Positions 12,316 to 21,508 of a DNA stretch of 64,000 nucleotides are shown here, one piece after another. The DNA is from an uncultured Chloroflexia bacterium (GTDB lineage: Bacteria; Chloroflexota; Limnocylindria; QHBO01). The notes beneath the pieces were generated by a model. The model made no database searches, was not told where the DNA came from, and was given only the letters and a program-made list of their open reading frames with translations. Positions within the stretch are counted from its first letter, which is position 1. Each line of letters starts with the position of its first letter. Location: the NCBI GenBank assembly GCA_963825905.1, contig CAWGUL010000007.1:737564-801563 (forward strand). Direction: 5' to 3'. The position numbers and the translations under genes are program-made.

Positions 12316-12761
12316 GGCGGCTGCTCGCATGGCTCGGGATCAGCTTCCTGCCGGCTTTTGCCGGCGCGGCGTTCCCGGCTCCCGACTACTACCGGTCACT
12401 GCGGCGGCCGCCGTGGGCGCCGCCGACGTGGCTCTTCGGGCCGGCGTGGACGCTCCTCTACGCGTCGATGGGCGTCGCGGCCTGGCTGGTCGCGCGCGAC
12501 GGCGAGCGTCGGGCGCGCCCGGCGCTCGCGATCTTCGGCGTGCAGCTGGCGCTCAACGCCGCCTGGACCCCGATCTTCTTCGGCCTGCGACGCCCGGGCC
12601 TGGCGCTCATCGAAATCGCCGCCATGTGGATCGCGGTGGCGGCCACCACGGTCGCGTTCTTCGGGCGCCGCGCTGCGGCCGGGGCGCTGCTCGTCCCCTA
12701 CCTGGCGTGGGTCTCGTACGCGGCCGCGCTGAACTGGGAGATCTGGCGCCGCAACCGCTGA
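12312..12761 (+). CDS. tspO: TspO/MBR tryptophan-rich sensory protein
   Basis: GTG 12312 overlaps the synthase stop (GTGA). 149 aa with five TM helices and Trp-rich [18 protein letters not shown] motifs typical of TspO/CrtK. Confidence 0.8.
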   Translation: MRRLLAWLGISFLPAFAGAAFPAPDYYRSLRRPPWAPPTWLFGPAWTLLYASMGVAAWLVARDGERRARPALAIFGVQLALNAAWTPIFFGLRRPGLALIEIAAMWIAVAATTVAFFGRRAAAGALLVPYLAWVSYAAALNWEIWRRNR

Positions 12762-12771
12762 CGCCGGACGG

Positions 12772-14184
12772 TCAGCCGCCGGCCTCGACCGCCGGCTCGG
12801 GTGCCTGCTGCTCTTCTCCGGGGCGCGGACGCGAGGCGATCACCTTCGATACGCGCCGCGAGTCGGCCGTCTCGACCTGGATCGTCACCTCGTGGAACGG
12901 GACCTCCTCGCCCGGGAGCGGGATGCGGCCGGTGCGGTGGATGACGAAGCCCCCGACCGTGTCGTAGGCATCCTCGTCCTCCTCCTCGTCGTCGCTCATG
13001 TCGAACAGGTCGCGGAGGTCGTCCATGCTCACCCGACCGTCGAGCCGGAACGCGACAAGGGAGTCCGAGTCAATCGGCTCGACGAGCTCCTCCTCCGCGT
13101 CGTACTCGTCCTGGATCTCGCCCACGATCTCCTCGACCAGGTCCTCCATCGTGATGAGGCCGGCGGTGCCACCGTACTCGTCGACCACGATCGCGATGTG
13201 GCGCTTGGCGAGCTGCATCTCGTGGAGCAGCTCGTCGACGCGCTTGCTCTCCGGCACGTAGACCGGCTCTCGTGCCAGCGCGCGGAGGTCGATCCCTTCC
13301 GGTCCCGTGCCGTTGCGGACGTTGCCCTTCAGGTAGGGCAGCAGGTCCTTCGCGTACAGGACGCCGACGATGTTGTCGAGCCCGTCCTCGTAGAGCGGCA
13401 CGCGCGAGTGACCGGCGCGGACGATGACGTCGAGCGCCTCGTCGAGCGGGGCGCTGACCTCGAGGGCGCGAATCCCGATGCGCGGGACCATGACCTCGTG
13501 GACGCTCTTCTCGCCGAGCTCGATGACCCCGTGGATCATCTCCTTCTCGTCCTCCTCGATCCCGCCCTGCTCCGAGCCGCTCTCCACGAGCGACTTCAGC
13601 TCCTCGGTCGAGAGGTATCCCGCGTGCGGCCGCTGCTTGCCGCCGAAGAGGCGGACGAGGACGAGGCTCACCCCGGCGACGAGCCAGACGATGGGGCGGA
13701 GGACCCGGTCGAGCAGGGCGAGCGGTCCGGCCACCGCGAGGGCCAGCCGCTCGGGGAAGTTCAGGGCCAGCGTCTTCGGCACCAGCTCGCCGACGATGAT
13801 CGTCAGCATCGCGACCAGCAGGGTCACCACGATGAAGGCGATCGTGTCCGCCGAGCGGCTGATGAAGTCGAGCGGGATGAGCGCCACGAGGCCGGCGAGC
13901 GCGTGGGAGAACGAGACCGCGCCAAAGGCGCCGGCGAGGAAGCCGAGGAACGTGATCCCGACCTGGATCGTCGCGAGGAAGCGCGACGGATCCTCGATGA
14001 GCGACTGCGCGGTGCGCGCCGCTCGGTTCCCCTCGTCGGCGAGCTGGCTCAGCCGATGGCGCTTGACGGTGATGAGCGCGATCTCGCTCGCCGCGAAGAA
14101 GCCGGTGATGAGAATGAGGATGGCGACGATCCCGAAATCGAGGAACGGGTTGCCCGTCCCGCCGCCACTGCCGCCTTCAGCCAT
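12772..14184 (-). CDS. CNNM/CorC-HlyC family membrane protein (DUF21 + tandem CBS + CorC_HlyC domain), putative Mg2+/Co2+ efflux
   Basis: 470 aa with an N-terminal 4-TM DUF21, two CBS domains, a transporter-associated C-terminal domain and an acidic DDEEEDED tail. Confidence 0.85.
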   Translation of the reverse strand: MAEGGSGGGTGNPFLDFGIVAILILITGFFAASEIALITVKRHRLSQLADEGNRAARTAQSLIEDPSRFLATIQVGITFLGFLAGAFGAVSFSHALAGLVALIPLDFISRSADTIAFIVVTLLVAMLTIIVGELVPKTLALNFPERLALAVAGPLALLDRVLRPIVWLVAGVSLVLVRLFGGKQRPHAGYLSTEELKSLVESGSEQGGIEEDEKEMIHGVIELGEKSVHEVMVPRIGIRALEVSAPLDEALDVIVRAGHSRVPLYEDGLDNIVGVLYAKDLLPYLKGNVRNGTGPEGIDLRALAREPVYVPESKRVDELLHEMQLAKRHIAIVVDEYGGTAGLITMEDLVEEIVGEIQDEYDAEEELVEPIDSDSLVAFRLDGRVSMDDLRDLFDMSDDEEEDEDAYDTVGGFVIHRTGRIPLPGEEVPFHEVTIQVETADSRRVSKVIASRPRPGEEQQAPEPAVEAGG

Positions 14185-14196
14185 GCGTGCGCGCGC

Positions 14197-15660
14197 TCAC
14201 GCCTCCACCTGCGGGCTCGGGTCGGGCTCGACGGCAGGCTGGCCGGTCTCGTCGGCCGGCGCCGCGGCGCGGCGGCGCAGCTCGATCGGGCGGGCCGGCA
14301 TGCCGACCACCGTCTTGCCGGGTGCGACATCCCGGGTGACGACCGCGCCGGCGCCGGTCTTCGCGCCCTCGCCGATCGTGACCGGCGCGCGGAGCATCGT
14401 GTCGACGCCGAGGAACGCCCGGTCGCCGATCGTCGTCCGGTGCTTCTGGATGCCATCGAAGTTCGCCGTCACCGTCCCGGCGCCGACGTTGACGTTCTCC
14501 CCCACGTCCGCGTCGCCGAGATAGCTGAAGTGGTGCTGCTGCGTGCCGGCGCCGATGCGGCTGTTCTTGATCTCGGCGTAGTTGCCGATCCTCGCCCGTG
14601 CGGCGACCTCGGAGCCGGGCCGCAGGTGGCTGTACGGACCGATCTCGACCTCCTCCCCCACGCTCGATTCCTCCACCACGCTGGCCCACACCGTCGCGCG
14701 CTCGCCGATCCGGCTGTCGCGCACGTGCGCGTGCGGACCGATGACCGCCGAGCGGCCGATGCGGCTCGCGCCGGCGATGACGGTCCATGGCTCGATCCGC
14801 GCGTCGGGCTCGATCTCCACCCCGGCATCGATGAACGTGCTCGGCGGGTCGACGATCGTCACCCCCGCCGCCATGTGGCGCTCGTTGATCGTGTCGCGCA
14901 CGAGGCGCTCGGCCGCGGCGAGGGCGATCCGGTCGTTGATGCCGCTCGTCAGCTCCGGGCGCGGCGCGTCGACGATCGCCACCCGGCGGCCGGCGCCGAC
15001 GGCGAGCGCCACGAGATCGGTCAGGTAGTACTCCCCGGATCGCGACGCCGGCACGTTACCGAGGTTGGCGCGCAGCCACTCGGCGTCGAAGCAGTAGGCG
15101 CCGACGTTCACCTCGTCGATCGCGAGCGTCGCCGCATCCGCGTCCCGATGCTCGACGATCGCGGCCGCGTCCCCGTCGGCACCGCGCACGACGCGGCCGT
15201 AGCCGGTCGGGTCGGCGACGCGCGCAGCGAGGAGCGCCATCGCGGCCTCGCCCTCCGCCTGCTCCGCGAGGAGGGCCTGGAAGAGGTCGGCCGGGATGAG
15301 CGGCGCGTCGCCCATCGTGACGAGGACGTGGCGCGCTGCCGGAGGGACGCGGGTCAGGCCGACCCGAACGGCGTCGGCGGTGCCGAGCTGCGGGTCCTGG
15401 CGCACGGTCACCGCGGCGCCGTCGATCGTGGCCTCGACCTGCGCCCCGCCGAAGCCGGTCACGAGGACACGGTGCTCGATGCCCGCCTGAGCGAGCGCGG
15501 CGAGCACATGGCTCACCATCGGACGCCCGGCGAGCGGGTGGAGGACCTTGGGGAGCGATGAGCGCATCCGCGTCCCCTGGCCGGCGGCCAGGACGATGGC
15601 GGCGGTGATCACGAGGCGCGCATCGTATCGACGAGGTGGATGAGGGTCAACCGCCGTCAC
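14197..15660 (-). CDS. glmU: bifunctional UDP-N-acetylglucosamine pyrophosphorylase / glucosamine-1-phosphate N-acetyltransferase
   Basis: LAAGQGTRMRS nucleotidyltransferase motif and C-terminal left-handed beta-helix hexapeptide repeats. GTG start at 15660 (alternative GTG 15612). Confidence 0.9.
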   Translation of the reverse strand: MTAVDPHPPRRYDARLVITAAIVLAAGQGTRMRSSLPKVLHPLAGRPMVSHVLAALAQAGIEHRVLVTGFGGAQVEATIDGAAVTVRQDPQLGTADAVRVGLTRVPPAARHVLVTMGDAPLIPADLFQALLAEQAEGEAAMALLAARVADPTGYGRVVRGADGDAAAIVEHRDADAATLAIDEVNVGAYCFDAEWLRANLGNVPASRSGEYYLTDLVALAVGAGRRVAIVDAPRPELTSGINDRIALAAAERLVRDTINERHMAAGVTIVDPPSTFIDAGVEIEPDARIEPWTVIAGASRIGRSAVIGPHAHVRDSRIGERATVWASVVEESSVGEEVEIGPYSHLRPGSEVAARARIGNYAEIKNSRIGAGTQQHHFSYLGDADVGENVNVGAGTVTANFDGIQKHRTTIGDRAFLGVDTMLRAPVTIGEGAKTGAGAVVTRDVAPGKTVVGMPARPIELRRRAAAPADETGQPAVEPDPSPQVEA

Positions 15661-16045
15661 CGGTGCCGGCGAGGGCGGTCATCTCGATCTCGACCAGCGC
15701 GCCCTTCGGCAGCGCAGCCACCGTGACCGTCGAGCGCGCCGGCTTCGCCTCGCCGACGTGGCGAGCGTAAACCTCGTTGACGGTCGCGAAATCGCCCATG
15801 TCGGTCAGGAAGATTGTCGCCTTCACGACCCGCGACAGGTCGGTCCCCGCCGCGCCGAGCACGACCGCGATGTTGCGGAGCGCCTGCTCGGCCTGGGCGG
15901 CCACCCCGTCGGCGAGGTCGCCCGTGACGGGGTCGGCGCCGACCTGGCCGGAGAGAAACACGAGGCCGCCGCCGGCAACGGCGTGACTGTAGGGACCGAT
16001 GGCAACCGGGGCCCCCTCCGCGGTGATGATGCGTCGCTCGCTCAT
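15647..16045 (-). CDS. ridA: RidA/YjgF/TdcF family reactive-intermediate deaminase
   Basis: 132 aa, typical chorismate-mutase-like RidA sequence (GPYSHAV...GQVG...). Confidence 0.85.
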   Translation of the reverse strand: MSERRIITAEGAPVAIGPYSHAVAGGGLVFLSGQVGADPVTGDLADGVAAQAEQALRNIAVVLGAAGTDLSRVVKATIFLTDMGDFATVNEVYARHVGEAKPARSTVTVAALPKGALVEIEMTALAGTGDGG

Positions 16046-16902
16046 CGCTCGATGCTAGCGGCAGTCAGGCGCGTCGCGTACGGCTTGGCGCGCACGCGGG
16101 CACGGGCGAGGCGGGCGACGAGCGCTTCCGACCGATCCGGGCCGTCCGTGACGACGAAGAACGTCGCCCCACTCCCCGTCAGGCGGGGAGCGCCGCCGGC
16201 CGCGACGATGAGCGTTGCCAGCTCGTCGATGCGCGGCTCGCAGCGTCGAGCGGCGTCCAGCAGGTCATTGCGGCCGTCGCCGAGCGCCTGCTCGACCGTC
16301 GCCGCCGCCTCGTGCGACCAGTCGGCGGTCTTGGCGGCGGCGAAGACCGCCGCGGTGGACAGCGGAAACGGCGCGAAGACGAGGACGCCGTGGCTCGCGT
16401 TCGCCACCGGCAGCGGCTCGACCTTCTCGCCGACGCCGCGGATCCGCGCCGCGGGCAGCGCCGCCGCGAAGAACGGGACGTCGGCGCCGATCCGCGCGAG
16501 CCGTTCGAGCTCGCGGTCGCTCGCCTCGGTGGCGTCGCGCCACGCCCGGCCGAGGCGCCACCCCGCCGCCGCGTCCGAGCTGCCGCCGCCGAGGCCGGCC
16601 GCCACGGGGATCGACTTCTCGACCGTCAGGCAGGCCATCACGTCGCCGGGCGGGCCGGCGAGACCGGCGACGAGACCGCGCCAGGCGAGGTTCTCGTCGG
16701 GCCGCACCGGCACGTCCGGCACCGCGCCGCCGGCAGCATCGGTGAGCCGAAGCCCCGTCGAGCCGGTCATGAGGAGCAGCTGATCGGCGAGGTCGATGAG
16801 GACGAGGATCGAGTCGAGCTCGTGGAAGCCGTCGCCACGTCGCCCCACGACCCTGAGGGAGAGGTTGAGCTTGGCCGGCGCGGCCAGCGCGAGCGACGTC
16901 AC
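16042..16902 (-). CDS. ispE: 4-diphosphocytidyl-2-C-methyl-D-erythritol kinase (C-terminal half of a 583-aa ORF; internal GTG 16902)
   Basis: LAAPAKLNLSLRVVGRRGDGFHELDS GHMP-kinase N-terminus begins immediately after the KsgA C-terminus. A GTG at 16902..16900 overlaps an out-of-frame TGA (GTGA), but there is no in-frame stop upstream. Confidence 0.8.
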   Translation of the reverse strand: MTSLALAAPAKLNLSLRVVGRRGDGFHELDSILVLIDLADQLLLMTGSTGLRLTDAAGGAVPDVPVRPDENLAWRGLVAGLAGPPGDVMACLTVEKSIPVAAGLGGGSSDAAAGWRLGRAWRDATEASDRELERLARIGADVPFFAAALPAARIRGVGEKVEPLPVANASHGVLVFAPFPLSTAAVFAAAKTADWSHEAAATVEQALGDGRNDLLDAARRCEPRIDELATLIVAAGGAPRLTGSGATFFVVTDGPDRSEALVARLARARVRAKPYATRLTAASIER

Positions 16903-17793
16903 AGCGAGTCGCGCGAGCGCCGCCGCCAGGCAGACCCACTCGTCGACGCTCAGCGTCTGCGGGCGCCGTTCCGGGTCGACCGCGCAGCTCGCCATGGCGC
17001 GATCGAGCAGCGCCCGGTCGACCGGCAGCTCGCGGCCAAGCCCGTTGTGCAGCTGCTTGCGGCGCTGGCGGAACCCCGCCTGCACGACGCGGATGAAGCG
17101 CTCCCGCTCGTCGCCGGCGGCGACGATCGGCTGCGGACGGCGCCGCAGGCGGAGAATGGCGGAGTCGACCGCCGGTGGTGGCTCGAAGGCCTGGGGCAGG
17201 ACGCGCCTGACGACCTCGGCGTCGGCCACGTTCTGGGCGAAAGCGGAGAGGTAGCTCATCCGTCCCGGCGGCGCCGCGACCCGCTCGGCAACCTCGGCCT
17301 GCACGAGCATGACCACCAGAGCCGGCGGTGCCTCCGCCCCGAGGAACGCGTGGAGCAGAGGGCTCGTGATGTGGTACGGGATGTTCGCGACGACCTTGTA
17401 GTCGCCGTCGCCGGCCACGTCGCGGGGATGGAGGCTGAGCGCGTCCGCCTCGATGAGCGTGAAGGCGGGCACATCGGCCAGCTCGCGCCGCAGCCACGCG
17501 GCGAGGCCGGGGTCGAGCTCGACCGCGGTGACCGATGCGCCGGCCGCGAGCAGCCGGCGGGTGAGGACCCCGAGACCCGGGCCGATCTCCACCACGCGGT
17601 CGCCGGGCGCGATCTCGGCCGCGGCCACGATCTCGTCGAGGGCGGCCGGATCGGTCAGGAAGTGCTGGCTCAGGCTCTTCTTCGGCCACAGGCCCTCCGC
17701 GCGCAGGAGGCGTCGCAGCTGGCCCGGCGTCGGCGGGACGAGGCGCTCCGGCGCCAGCGGCCCGTCGGTGGCGGTCACGACGCCGCCAGCCAC
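16903..17793 (-). CDS. rsmA: 16S rRNA (adenine1518/1519-N6)-dimethyltransferase RsmA/KsgA (N-terminal half of the 583-aa ORF, no stop codon before ispE)
   Basis: SLSQHFLTD...VVEIGPGLGVLT SAM-binding motifs and NIPY motif; the C-terminus ...TLSVDEWVCLAAALARL runs straight into IspE. Confidence 0.8.
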
Positions 17794-18821
17794 GGCAGCG
17801 CGAGGTTCGGGATCGCCTCCAGCGAGGGATCCGCACGGTCACCGGCGGCGAACCGGAAGCCCCCTGCCGCCCCGATCATCGCGCCGTTGTCCGTGCACCA
17901 TGCGGGCGGCGGCACCCGGAGCGGGACGCCGACCGCGGCGAGCCGGTCGGCGAGGCTCGCGCGAAGGGCGCGGTTTGCCGCGACGCCGCCGCCGAGCGCC
18001 ACGCCCGCAACCCCGTGCTCGGTGGCCGCCGCCACCGTCTTCGTCACCAGCGCGTCGACGACCGCCTCCTCGAACGCTGCCGCCAGGGCGTCGACGGGAA
18101 TCGGCGCCCCGCGCTCGCGGTAGGCGGCAACCTCGCGCAGGACGGCGGTCTTCAGACCGCTGAAGCTGAAGTCGTACGCGCCCCCCGTGCGGGCGCGCGG
18201 GAAGCGGGTCGACGGCATGGCGCCGGCCGCCGCGGCGGAGATTGCCGGGCCGCCCGGATAGCCGAGCCCGAGGAGGCGCCCCACCTTGTCGAACGCTTCG
18301 CCCGCCGCGTCGTCGACGGTCTGGCCGAGGAGCGTGTAGCGCCCATGGTCGTGCATGAGGACGAGCTGGGTGTGCCCGCCGCTGACGACCAGGCAGAGCA
18401 GCGGAAAGTCCGGCTCCGGCGGGAGTGGCGTCGCGGCGTCGACATCGGTCAGCCAGTTCGCATAGATGTGCCCCTCGATGTGGTTCACGCCGACGAGCGG
18501 CAGGTCGTGCGCCACGGCAAGCGCCTTCGCGACGCTGACGCCCACGAGCAGCGAGCCGATGAGTCCCGGCCCGTACGTCACGGCCACGGCGTCGAGGTCC
18601 GTCCACGCGGCGCCGGCGTTGGTGAGCGCCGCGTCCAGGGTCGGCACGATCCAGCGCATCTGCTGGCGCGCCGCCACCTCCGGCACGATGCCGCCGGTCG
18701 CGGCGTGAAGGGCGATCTGCGTTGCCACCTCGTTCGCCTCGATGCGCCGGCCGCCGACCACGACCGCGACCCCGGTCTCGTCGCAGCTCGACTCGATGGC
18801 CAGGATCCGCGGCCCGCTCAT
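17775..18821 (-). CDS. tsaD: tRNA N6-adenosine threonylcarbamoyltransferase TsaD
   Basis: ILAIESSCDETGVAV Kae1/Gcp N-terminus, 348 aa. Confidence 0.9.
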   Translation of the reverse strand: MSGPRILAIESSCDETGVAVVVGGRRIEANEVATQIALHAATGGIVPEVAARQQMRWIVPTLDAALTNAGAAWTDLDAVAVTYGPGLIGSLLVGVSVAKALAVAHDLPLVGVNHIEGHIYANWLTDVDAATPLPPEPDFPLLCLVVSGGHTQLVLMHDHGRYTLLGQTVDDAAGEAFDKVGRLLGLGYPGGPAISAAAAGAMPSTRFPRARTGGAYDFSFSGLKTAVLREVAAYRERGAPIPVDALAAAFEEAVVDALVTKTVAAATEHGVAGVALGGGVAANRALRASLADRLAAVGVPLRVPPPAWCTDNGAMIGAAGGFRFAAGDRADPSLEAIPNLALPWLAAS

Positions 18822-19345
18822 GCCGGCGCCTCCGGCTCCACGAGCCGAGCGCGCTCGAGCGCGAGGAGGGGCTGCATCGAGGGGCCGCGCAGCTCCGGGG
18901 TCGTCATCACCAGCGCGTCCTCGCCGTCATCGGTGTAGTACCGCGGCCGGCGCCCGACCTCCGCAAAGCCGAACCGCGCGTAGAGGGCACGGGCAGGGGT
19001 GTTCGTCGGCCGCACCTCGAGTGTGAGCCGTGCCGCGCCGAGCTCGAGCGCCAGGTCCGCCACCGCCAGTAGCATGCGGGCACCGACGCCGGTGCGCCGC
19101 GCATCCGGCAGCACCCCGAACGTCGTGATGTGCGCCTCGTCGACCATGAGCCACACGCCGGCATAGCCGACGATGCGCCCGCCACGCTCGGCCACCAGGT
19201 ATCGCGCCAGGCGGTTGCCGGTGAGCTCCTGGCGGAGCGCGTGCTCGGGCCACGGTTCGTTGAAGCTGCTGCGCTCGATCTCGTGCACGGCGGTGATGTC
19301 GCTCATTCGCATCGAGCGGACGTCGGTGCGCAGCGCGATGCTCAT
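18818..19345 (-). CDS. rimI: ribosomal-protein-alanine N-acetyltransferase RimI (GNAT)
   Basis: GNAT fold motifs. Start at ATG 19345 overlapping the tsaB stop (ATGA); the upstream Arg-rich extension was rejected. Confidence 0.8.
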   Translation of the reverse strand: MSIALRTDVRSMRMSDITAVHEIERSSFNEPWPEHALRQELTGNRLARYLVAERGGRIVGYAGVWLMVDEAHITTFGVLPDARRTGVGARMLLAVADLALELGAARLTLEVRPTNTPARALYARFGFAEVGRRPRYYTDDGEDALVMTTPELRGPSMQPLLALERARLVEPEAPA

Positions 19346-19968
19346 CGTCGCGTCCCCGCCTCGGACGTTTCGAGGCCGCGCGGGGCGCGCAGGTACGCCG
19401 GCTCGAGCGTGACGAGGTCGTCCGGCGAGGCCGCCAGCCGTGGAGCGGCGAGGGCGGCGACGCCTGCCGCGGCGCGATGCGGCGGGGTCGTGCCCGCGAG
19501 GCCGAACGCGCTCGCGAGCTCGACCGGTGCCACGCACCCGGGCGGGAGGCCGCGCGTGTCGAGCGCCTCGCGCTCCACGATGATCGGCACCTCAGCCGCA
19601 CGCTCGAGGAGCCACGCCTCGGCGGCGCCGGCGCGCGCGATCGCGGCCGGGGCCGACGGCTCGGCGGCCAGCCACGCCGCGAGCGAGTCGACCCCCACGA
19701 TCGGCAGGCCGAGCGCATAGGCGAGGCCCTTGCCGAGGCTCAGCCCCACCCGCAGGCCGGTGAACGAGCCAGGGCCGATGCCGACCGCGATGCCGGTCGC
19801 CTCACCGAGCCGGTGGCCGTTCGCGGCGAGGAGCGCCAGCAGGCGCGGCAGCAGCTCGCTGCCCTGTCGCCGATCTGCGCTCCAGCCATCGACGGCCAGC
19901 AACGAACCGTCCGGCCGGGCGAGCGCGACGGAGCCGTCGGTCGAGGCACTCTCGATGGCGATGATCAT
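19342..19968 (-). CDS. tsaB: tRNA threonylcarbamoyladenosine biosynthesis protein TsaB
   Basis: MIIAIESASTDGSVAL YeaZ-type N-terminus, 208 aa. ATG 19968 overlaps the tsaE stop (ATGA); the rest of ORF 19342..20766 is an out-of-frame artefact. Confidence 0.85.
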   Translation of the reverse strand: MIIAIESASTDGSVALARPDGSLLAVDGWSADRRQGSELLPRLLALLAANGHRLGEATGIAVGIGPGSFTGLRVGLSLGKGLAYALGLPIVGVDSLAAWLAAEPSAPAAIARAGAAEAWLLERAAEVPIIVEREALDTRGLPPGCVAPVELASAFGLAGTTPPHRAAAGVAALAAPRLAASPDDLVTLEPAYLRAPRGLETSEAGTRR

Positions 19969-20456
19969 GAGGCGACCAGCGCGCGGGCTGCGAGCGCGAG
20001 ATGCCTCGCGCCGCGGGCCGTCCAGCGCAGCGTGCGGCCGTCGCCCGCGTCGGGATCCGGCTCCAGGACGATCTCGAGCCGTTCCGCGGGCAGCCAGCCC
20101 GCGAGGCGATCGGCCCACTCGACGGCGGTGACGCCATCCACCTCGCGGTCGTCGAGCAGCCCGGCGTCGATCGCGTCTGCCGGGTCGTCGAGGCGATACG
20201 CGTCGACGTGGAAGAGGCGCAGCCGGCCGAGGTGCTCGTTCATCAGCACGAAGGTTGGGCTGTTCACCACCGAGGTGACGCCCAGCCCCTCGGCCAGACC
20301 CTTCGTGAGCTGCGTCTTTCCTGCCCCCAGCGGACCGATGAGCGCGACCAGCGTTCCCGGTTCGGCGGCCGCGCCGAGGGCGCGGCCAATCTCGCGCGTC
20401 GCCTCGGGAGAGCCGCTCGCCAGGGTGCCGGTGGCCGTCCGATCCGCCGTCTGCAT
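19965..20456 (-). CDS. tsaE: tRNA threonylcarbamoyladenosine biosynthesis ATPase TsaE
   Basis: P-loop GPLGAGKTQLTKG, 163 aa. Confidence 0.85.
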   Translation of the reverse strand: MQTADRTATGTLASGSPEATREIGRALGAAAEPGTLVALIGPLGAGKTQLTKGLAEGLGVTSVVNSPTFVLMNEHLGRLRLFHVDAYRLDDPADAIDAGLLDDREVDGVTAVEWADRLAGWLPAERLEIVLEPDPDAGDGRTLRWTARGARHLALAARALVAS

Positions 20457-20479
20457 CGGGGCAAGGATAGAACGCCGGC

Positions 20480-21508
20480 TCAGCCTGGCTCCGCGATGGC
20501 CTCCAGGTTCGCGAGCGGGACCGATGCGAGCCGCCCGTCCTCGAAGCGCACCAGGCCCATCCGCGACGGGATGCCCGACGGCGCGGCATGGAGGTCGTCC
20601 AGGATGCCGACCAGCGCTCCGCTTCGTCCCTGGAACGGGCGTCGGTGGGCGACCACCCGATCGCCCACCGTGGCGAGCGGCCGGCGCGCCGGGGGTGGTG
20701 CGGCGTCATAGACGTAGAGCCGCCGCTCGGCACCGAAGAGGCTCGCCATCCGGCCCGACTGGGCACGCAACCAGGCGAACAGCTGCGGGTCGACGCCGAC
20801 CTTGCCGTAGCCCTCGAGCAGGAGCAGCGCGAACGCGCCGGTCATGCCGCCGAGCTCGCGACGCCGGCGCTGGATCGCCTCGAAGTCGCGCAGCTCCTTG
20901 TCGAGCACGCCGCCCAGGACGATGCCGGCGACGCCCATCGCGCGGGCACGGGTGAGCGTCTCGGCCGACGCGCGCGAGCCACCGACGACGATCTTCCCCG
21001 CCTTCGCGACGTCGATCGCGGCGGCCCGCAGCTCCTCCCCCGGCTCGTGCACCGCCACCACGAGCTCGCCGTGGACCGCGTCCCCGCTGCCGTCGATGCC
21101 CTCCACGATCGCCGCCGGCACCTCGATGACGACGGCGCGCCGCTCCACCGACCGCACCCGGCCGGCAACGTGACCGATCACCCGCTCCTCGTCGCCCCAC
21201 GGCGCGAGCAGCAGCGTGCCGTCGACCCGCGACGCGCCGAGGAAGAGGCCGGCGTCGGGGGCCACGACCTGGCGGCTCCCGCGCCGCGCGAGGACGTCCC
21301 CGGTCGTGACATGGGCACCCGGTCGAGGGATCACGTGCGCGACGACCTCGCTGGCGCGGCACCGCAGCGCACCCGCGGCGGCGAGGAGGAGCGGCGTCGA
21401 TGGCGGGCGGCGGACGGCAAGCACGGCGTCAGCGCTGACGTCGTGGCCGACGTCGACGACGACCTCCGCGCCGGGCGGCAGCGCCACGCGGTGGAGCGCC
21501 TCGCTCAT
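20480..21508 (-). CDS. hypothetical protein (342 aa), first gene of the uncharacterized coupled block
   Basis: No motif I can assign with confidence. It has a biotinyl/lipoyl-like hairpin pattern (VTTGDVLARRG...VVAPDAGLF) and a Gly-rich Rossmann-like segment (KIVVGGSRASAETLTRARAMGVAGIVLGG). Stop overlaps the next gene start. Confidence 0.45.
   Translation of the reverse strand: MSEALHRVALPPGAEVVVDVGHDVSADAVLAVRRPPSTPLLLAAAGALRCRASEVVAHVIPRPGAHVTTGDVLARRGSRQVVAPDAGLFLGASRVDGTLLLAPWGDEERVIGHVAGRVRSVERRAVVIEVPAAIVEGIDGSGDAVHGELVVAVHEPGEELRAAAIDVAKAGKIVVGGSRASAETLTRARAMGVAGIVLGGVLDKELRDFEAIQRRRRELGGMTGAFALLLLEGYGKVGVDPQLFAWLRAQSGRMASLFGAERRLYVYDAAPPPARRPLATVGDRVVAHRRPFQGRSGALVGILDDLHAAPSGIPSRMGLVRFEDGRLASVPLANLEAIAEPG

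Noticed and set aside
12892-15561. 889-aa plus-strand ORF antisense to the CNNM gene and glmU
   Set aside because: Same reasoning: low-complexity Arg/Asp-rich translation spanning two conserved minus-strand genes.
16265-17842. 525-aa minus-strand ORF overlapping rsmA/ispE in another frame
   Set aside because: Arg/Pro/Gly-rich alternative frame of a conserved ORF, with no start context or domain.
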